NCBI RefSeq assembly: GCF_001194135.2
Contig: NC_068999.1
Span: 47,537,686-47,601,685, forward strand
DNA length: 64,000 nucleotides
Reading direction: 5' to 3'
Source of the DNA: Octopus bimaculoides
Taxonomy: Eukaryota
Part shown: one piece after another, positions 59,901-64,000 of the stretch
How positions within the stretch are numbered: the stretch's first letter is position 1
How the letters are laid out: every line of letters begins with the position of its first letter
Position numbers and translations under genes: made by a program
The notes under the pieces: generated by a model
The model's database searches: none
Told to the model about the DNA's origin: nothing
The model's input: the letters and a program-made list of their open reading frames with translations, nothing else

Positions 59901-62900
59901 TACGCACTTCTTTCACAAAAATAAACTTTAGGGGGTTGCATAAATTACATGAGTAGATCGTTTCCAGAATTTTTTTTTTGAAATTTTTTTGTTGAAATAA
60001 GACATACAAGACATAAAAATTCATACCAGAAGTTGGCTCATTTAATGTCAGAATAGGTTTTTACAGAAAAAATAGGTTTGACAGGGACTGGCCAGCTGGA
60101 GAGCCAACTGGGTTCTATTCTGCCTGTTTTGGCATGGTTTCTATGGCTGGATGCCCTTCCTAATGCCAACCACTTTGCAGAGTGTGCTGGGTGTTTCTTA
60201 TGTGGCACCAGCACAAGTGGTTCAGGCATAAGCGCTTTTTATGTGGCACCAGCACGAATGTATATAGAAGTACAGTAGAGGACATTTACTTGTGGTGCTA
60301 CACAGTGGGACTGAACCTGAAACTACATGGTCGGCAAGCAAACTTCTTAACCTGCACAACCATATACACAATTTTTAAACTGTGCAACCAGCTAAACAGA
60401 AAACTCTAGCAACATCAGTCACTGACAAAACACTACGTCATGGCTGCAAGATGAGGCTGGCATGCAGTTACCAGACACCTGCCAGTGAGGAAGTCCAGTA
60501 GATTAAAATCACATGATCTGGCAGTTCCAGTGCCCATAACAGACGACTCTCGTCTGCTATGATATATATCTATGGTTTAATGCACCCTGTAAACCATATG
60601 GGGAATCTTAAGGCTAATACCAGAGTATTACAAGACACACACGTTTAAGATGGATATAAAGATGTGAAAATAAAATAATTTTACTCACCATCATTTCTAA
60701 TAAATAAAACTCACACTCTAAAACACTATTTATACGATAAGGATATTCTTGGGTATAAGCATGAGAGAACTTGGTTTTCACTGAAATAAACAATTAAATA
60801 AATTGGCAAAATTTTTTTTTAAATATTTGATAATGATTAAAAACGTGAAGTTTGATCAACGGCCAGGCTGTATTTCAACTATTGAGCCCCCCACAAAACT
60901 GTTGACTACTAGCATCTCACAACATTGCACTTCTAAACAATATCCCATGCACTCTCCATATTCAACAGCCTCTCATAATAGCCTTTCCATAACGCACTTT
61001 CTTGCCTTCCATTTCAATGGAAAGTATACCCCCATCAATTTGAATACACTTCTCACCAATGACATCTTGGTTTTTTTTCTCAAATACTGTCTCAATCAAA
61101 GAAATATTTTAACTATTTTCTTGCTTTTGAAAATACAATTTTCAATACCAACGCATCTAAAAGCATCTCTGGCTCCATGATACATAGCTGTAGGTTTAAA
61201 ACAATATTTACATTAAAAGCCAGCTTTAATTTTATAAAAGAACCTTTTGATATGTTCTAAGAATCAGCTGAATAAAGAAAAGTTATTTAACTAAATCCCA
61301 CAAAATTCTTGATATGTTTTCAAAATTAATTAAAACATTTAAAGTATTTCATTAAAAATGTGATCTCAACATAGTTAAAACATATTTGAAACAACTCTTA
61401 TCTGTTGAATAAGTAATTTGCAATGGTTTCTCTATACTTACCAACATTTTGACAAGTAGTCATTAGCTTGTTATTTGATATTACTCCAAATTCCTAATAA
61501 TTGGAGGAAGAAGAAGAAAAAAACAGAATTTAGCAAAGATATTTTATAATTATCAAAACAAAACAGTTTCCTAAATTTCAACATTTCTTTGTTTTATTTT
61601 CCTTTGTTTTTTTCTGGACCGGTATCAGTTGAAGGGATCACACTAGGAGACTCCTATTTCATCACACCATCTTCTGATCAATTTTTAAGTTTGTTTAAAA
61701 GTCTTTTGGATCTGATTAAACGGTTTTCTTTTGTCTTTTCTAACATGAATTAACCTCTCCTCATCACGTAAGATTTGTATATGATGTCTTCATGCACAAC
61801 ATTTCTGATTGTTTTTTTCTGACACACAAAATATTTTTGCAATTGACCTCATTGATTTTCCTGGATTGTTTTCAATGTTTTGCTTAACTTCCTGAATAAA
61901 TTCAGGTGTCCTGATAAAATCAGAGCATTTGGAATGTTTTCTATGTTTTGATACAGGTAATACACTTCCATCTGCTTTCTCTAACTTACACCGAATCTTG
62001 TAACTTTCAGAAAACAAGAAATTTCTAAATCCCCATGCTTAGCCTCCAAAGCCACAATCGCAGCATGGCTTTTCATTTCATTACTAAGCAGAGGGCCTGT
62101 CACTGGTATTTTCTGAAATAGAAGTTCAATAAAAATAATGACTAAAAATGCATGTGTCCTCAAATACTGTCTGCACCCTGTAGTATCACTAAAACCAACT
62201 GCACCTCTTTTCTCCACCAATGATCACCAAAGCTAATTTTCCTTTCTCAAATGGTGTCTGATATTTTAGTAAGTTTATTGCAAAATTATTTTTCTTTGAT
62301 AGAGTATACTTCCTAGGTCACATTCCAAATGAGAAATTAATGGAATAATTGACAAGGTCACTCACCTCAACTTTGGAAGCTAAAAAAATACATGTTGGAG
62401 CCATTAACCATGGATCAATAGACCGGAGGGAATTCCTGGAAATAAAAATAGTAAAAGACACAACTGAAAATTGTCCTAAATGTCTATGGAATCTATTCTA
62501 GTAATCTAGGAAAGCTGATTAAATCTGATTTATTTTTTCAGAAAAATATTCAGAAATGTTCCTTGTTTTGCTATGCTGCTCACCAAATATATCTATTCTT
62601 CAGACAATTTTTCTTCTATTTAATGAAATATTTAAAACAGAACTTAATTCTTTACTTTATTGAAGTGACAATTTTTATTCCTGATTTCACAATATAACAA
62701 TTGTCAATCTAGAACCATTATCTTGCAATGCTCCAATCATTCATACATCTTATCTTCTGCCTCTTGCTTACCATTGTTGACTCTCAGGAATGAACATTAT
62801 TAGGTCAGTATTTCATTTTAATATAATATCAACATACTGGCTTTTCCTCCCAATTGTAGTGCCACATAAAAAGCACTCAGTACACTCTGTAAAGTGGCTG

Positions 62901-63416
62901 GAATTAGAAAAGGGATCCAAAGGTGGAAAGCTGGCAGAATCATTAGCACGCTGGATGAAATGCTTAGCGGTATTTCGTCTGCTGCTACGTTCTGGGTTCA
63001 AATTCCGCCAAGGTTGATATAGCTTTCATCCTTTGGGGTTGATGTAATTGACTTAATCTCTCCCACCAAATTTCAGGCCTTGTGCCTATAGTAGAAAGGA
63101 TTAGGAAAGCTGTAGAAACCTTGCCAAAACAGACAAGTGGAACCTGGTGCAGCTCTCTGGTTTGCCAGCTCCTGTCAAATCATCCAACCCATGCCAATAT
63201 GTCAATAAAATTTGTATGCAGCTACAAAAAATGATTTTGTGAATTTTTCAAAAACGTCCATCCTATCTGTCCCACCCTGTACTTAACTCTTTAGCATTTA
63301 AACCGGCCACATCCAGCCAAAATACTCTACCTGCTTTATATTCAAACTGGCCCCCCTCACAGCTACTTTACAATGTCGTTTTAAAAATAAATTATTTTGC
63401 AGCTTCAAGAGTTTAC

Positions 63417-63456
<40 letters not shown>

Positions 63457-63810
63457 GTTTAACGTCCGCTTTCCATGCTAGCATGGGTTGGACGATTTGA
63501 CTGAGGACTGGTGAAACCGGATGGCAACACCAGGCTCCAATCTAAATTTGGCAGAGTTTCTACAGCTGGATGCCCTTCCTAATGCCAATGTGGTAGTTTA
63601 TGATTAATTCCAAGCAATGTGAATAAATAAGCATTACATTTGACAGAATAATCAAAATGCTAAAGAGTGAAGTCTAAACACAGAAAAGAAGTTATGCCAT
63701 AAAAATATGAGAGTGGAAACCTTACCTCGCATAAAATCTCTTGAAATACACAGTCGCTGAAGCTATCACTTGTTGGCGCATCTTCAGTTGTTCTCCTAAC
63801 GCTTGGATAA
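53866..63810 (-). CDS. CCNC: Cyclin C, 3' part of gene (last 9 coding exons; start lies beyond right edge)
   Basis: Exons 63810-63726, 62435-62366, 61493-61442, 60780-60689, 59593-59502, 57552-57485, 55868-55789, 55668-55550, 53941-53866 are phase-consistent. Product: IQALGEQLKMRQQVIASATVYFKRFYARNSLRSIDPWLMAPTCIFLASKVEEFG...LECEFYLLEMMDCCLVLYHPYRPL...WFAELSVDMDK...KMPKPK...QGPNG. Confidence 0.96.
55550..55668 (-). CDS. CCNC: CCNC exon (119 nt)
   Basis: VLEITKQILAFYELWKNYEEKKEIIAVLVKMPKPKTSPT. Confidence 0.95.
55789..55868 (-). CDS. CCNC: CCNC exon (80 nt)
   Basis: CLHIACVIQDKDGRQWFAELSVDMDK; acceptor is AAG. Confidence 0.95.
56090..56460 (+). mobile_element. RTE-type LINE fragment in CCNC intron
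   Basis: IETKIKRMKWGWLGHT...RPKTTW...WRSLVDALC pattern, broken across frames. Confidence 0.6.
57485..57552 (-). CDS. CCNC: CCNC exon (68 nt)
   Basis: RIVNDSLRTDVCLMYPPYLIAL. Confidence 0.95.
59502..59593 (-). CDS. CCNC: CCNC exon (92 nt)
   Basis: DCCLVLYHPYRPLIQYCADLGQDDNLLPVAW. Confidence 0.95.
60689..60780 (-). CDS. CCNC: CCNC exon (92 nt)
   Basis: KTKFSHAYTQEYPYRINSVLECEFYLLEMM. Confidence 0.95.
61442..61493 (-). CDS. CCNC: CCNC exon (52 nt)
   Basis: EFGVISNNKLMTTCQNV. Confidence 0.92.
61680..62076 (-). mobile_element. Tc1/mariner-superfamily transposase N-terminal remnant in CCNC intron
   Basis: Frameshifted MKSHAAIVALEAKHGDLEISCFLKV...IRTPEFIQEVKQNIENNPGKSMRSIAKIFCVS...HEDIIYKSYVMRRG...RLIRSKRLLNKLK (two HTH-like segments); no catalytic domain. 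Confidence 0.7.
62366..62435 (-). CDS. CCNC: CCNC exon (70 nt)
   Basis: NSLRSIDPWLMAPTCIFLASKVE. Confidence 0.96.
63418..63590 (-). mobile_element. Family B copy
   Basis: Near-identical to 42883-43040. Confidence 0.75.
63726..63810 (-). CDS. CCNC: CCNC exon (85 nt)
   Basis: IQALGEQLKMRQQVIASATVYFKRFYAR. Confidence 0.96.
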
Positions 63811-64000
63811 CTAAAATATAAAATATATAATGTCTAGATTGTTATATATCAGTATTTCAGGTTTGTGGAGGAGGTAGACCTAGGAAGGTGTAGAATGAAG
63901 TGGTGAAAAGGAATCTTTGCATGCTGGGCCTCAATGAGGAAATGACAAGGGGCTGGGAGTTGTGATTTCCTGTACTTGAGATGTGCCAATTTAAATAAAA

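Overview
Eukaryotic, AT-rich, repeat-dense genomic DNA with 5 assembly gaps. The SINE/LINE/microsatellite landscape looks like Octopus (inference from repeat recognition). Three intron-containing genes can be built by hand with GT-AG boundaries and consistent intron phases. (1) AK9 (adenylate kinase 9), minus strand, 5' part only: 9 exons from 14362 to 460, running off the left edge, with an RFX X-box beside the start codon. (2) A complete NADP-type malic enzyme (ME1/ME3-like), plus strand: 12 shared exons 37133-51337 plus two candidate alternative first coding exons (20976-21016 and 31057-31106). (3) Cyclin C (CCNC), minus strand: last 9 exons 63810-53866, convergent with the malic enzyme. 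The most interesting signal is that the single malic enzyme locus appears able to encode both a 603-aa form with a mitochondrial-presequence-like N-terminus and 573/600-aa forms without it, possibly switched by a cassette exon and uORF. Also noted: a 47-bp-stem intronic hairpin, an orphan X-box between two 3' ends, tight inverted SINE pairs, and co-location of three genes whose human homologues are all on 6q. No rRNA, genuine tRNA or CRISPR was seen. Repeat boundaries are approximate unless a TSD or TIR is quoted.
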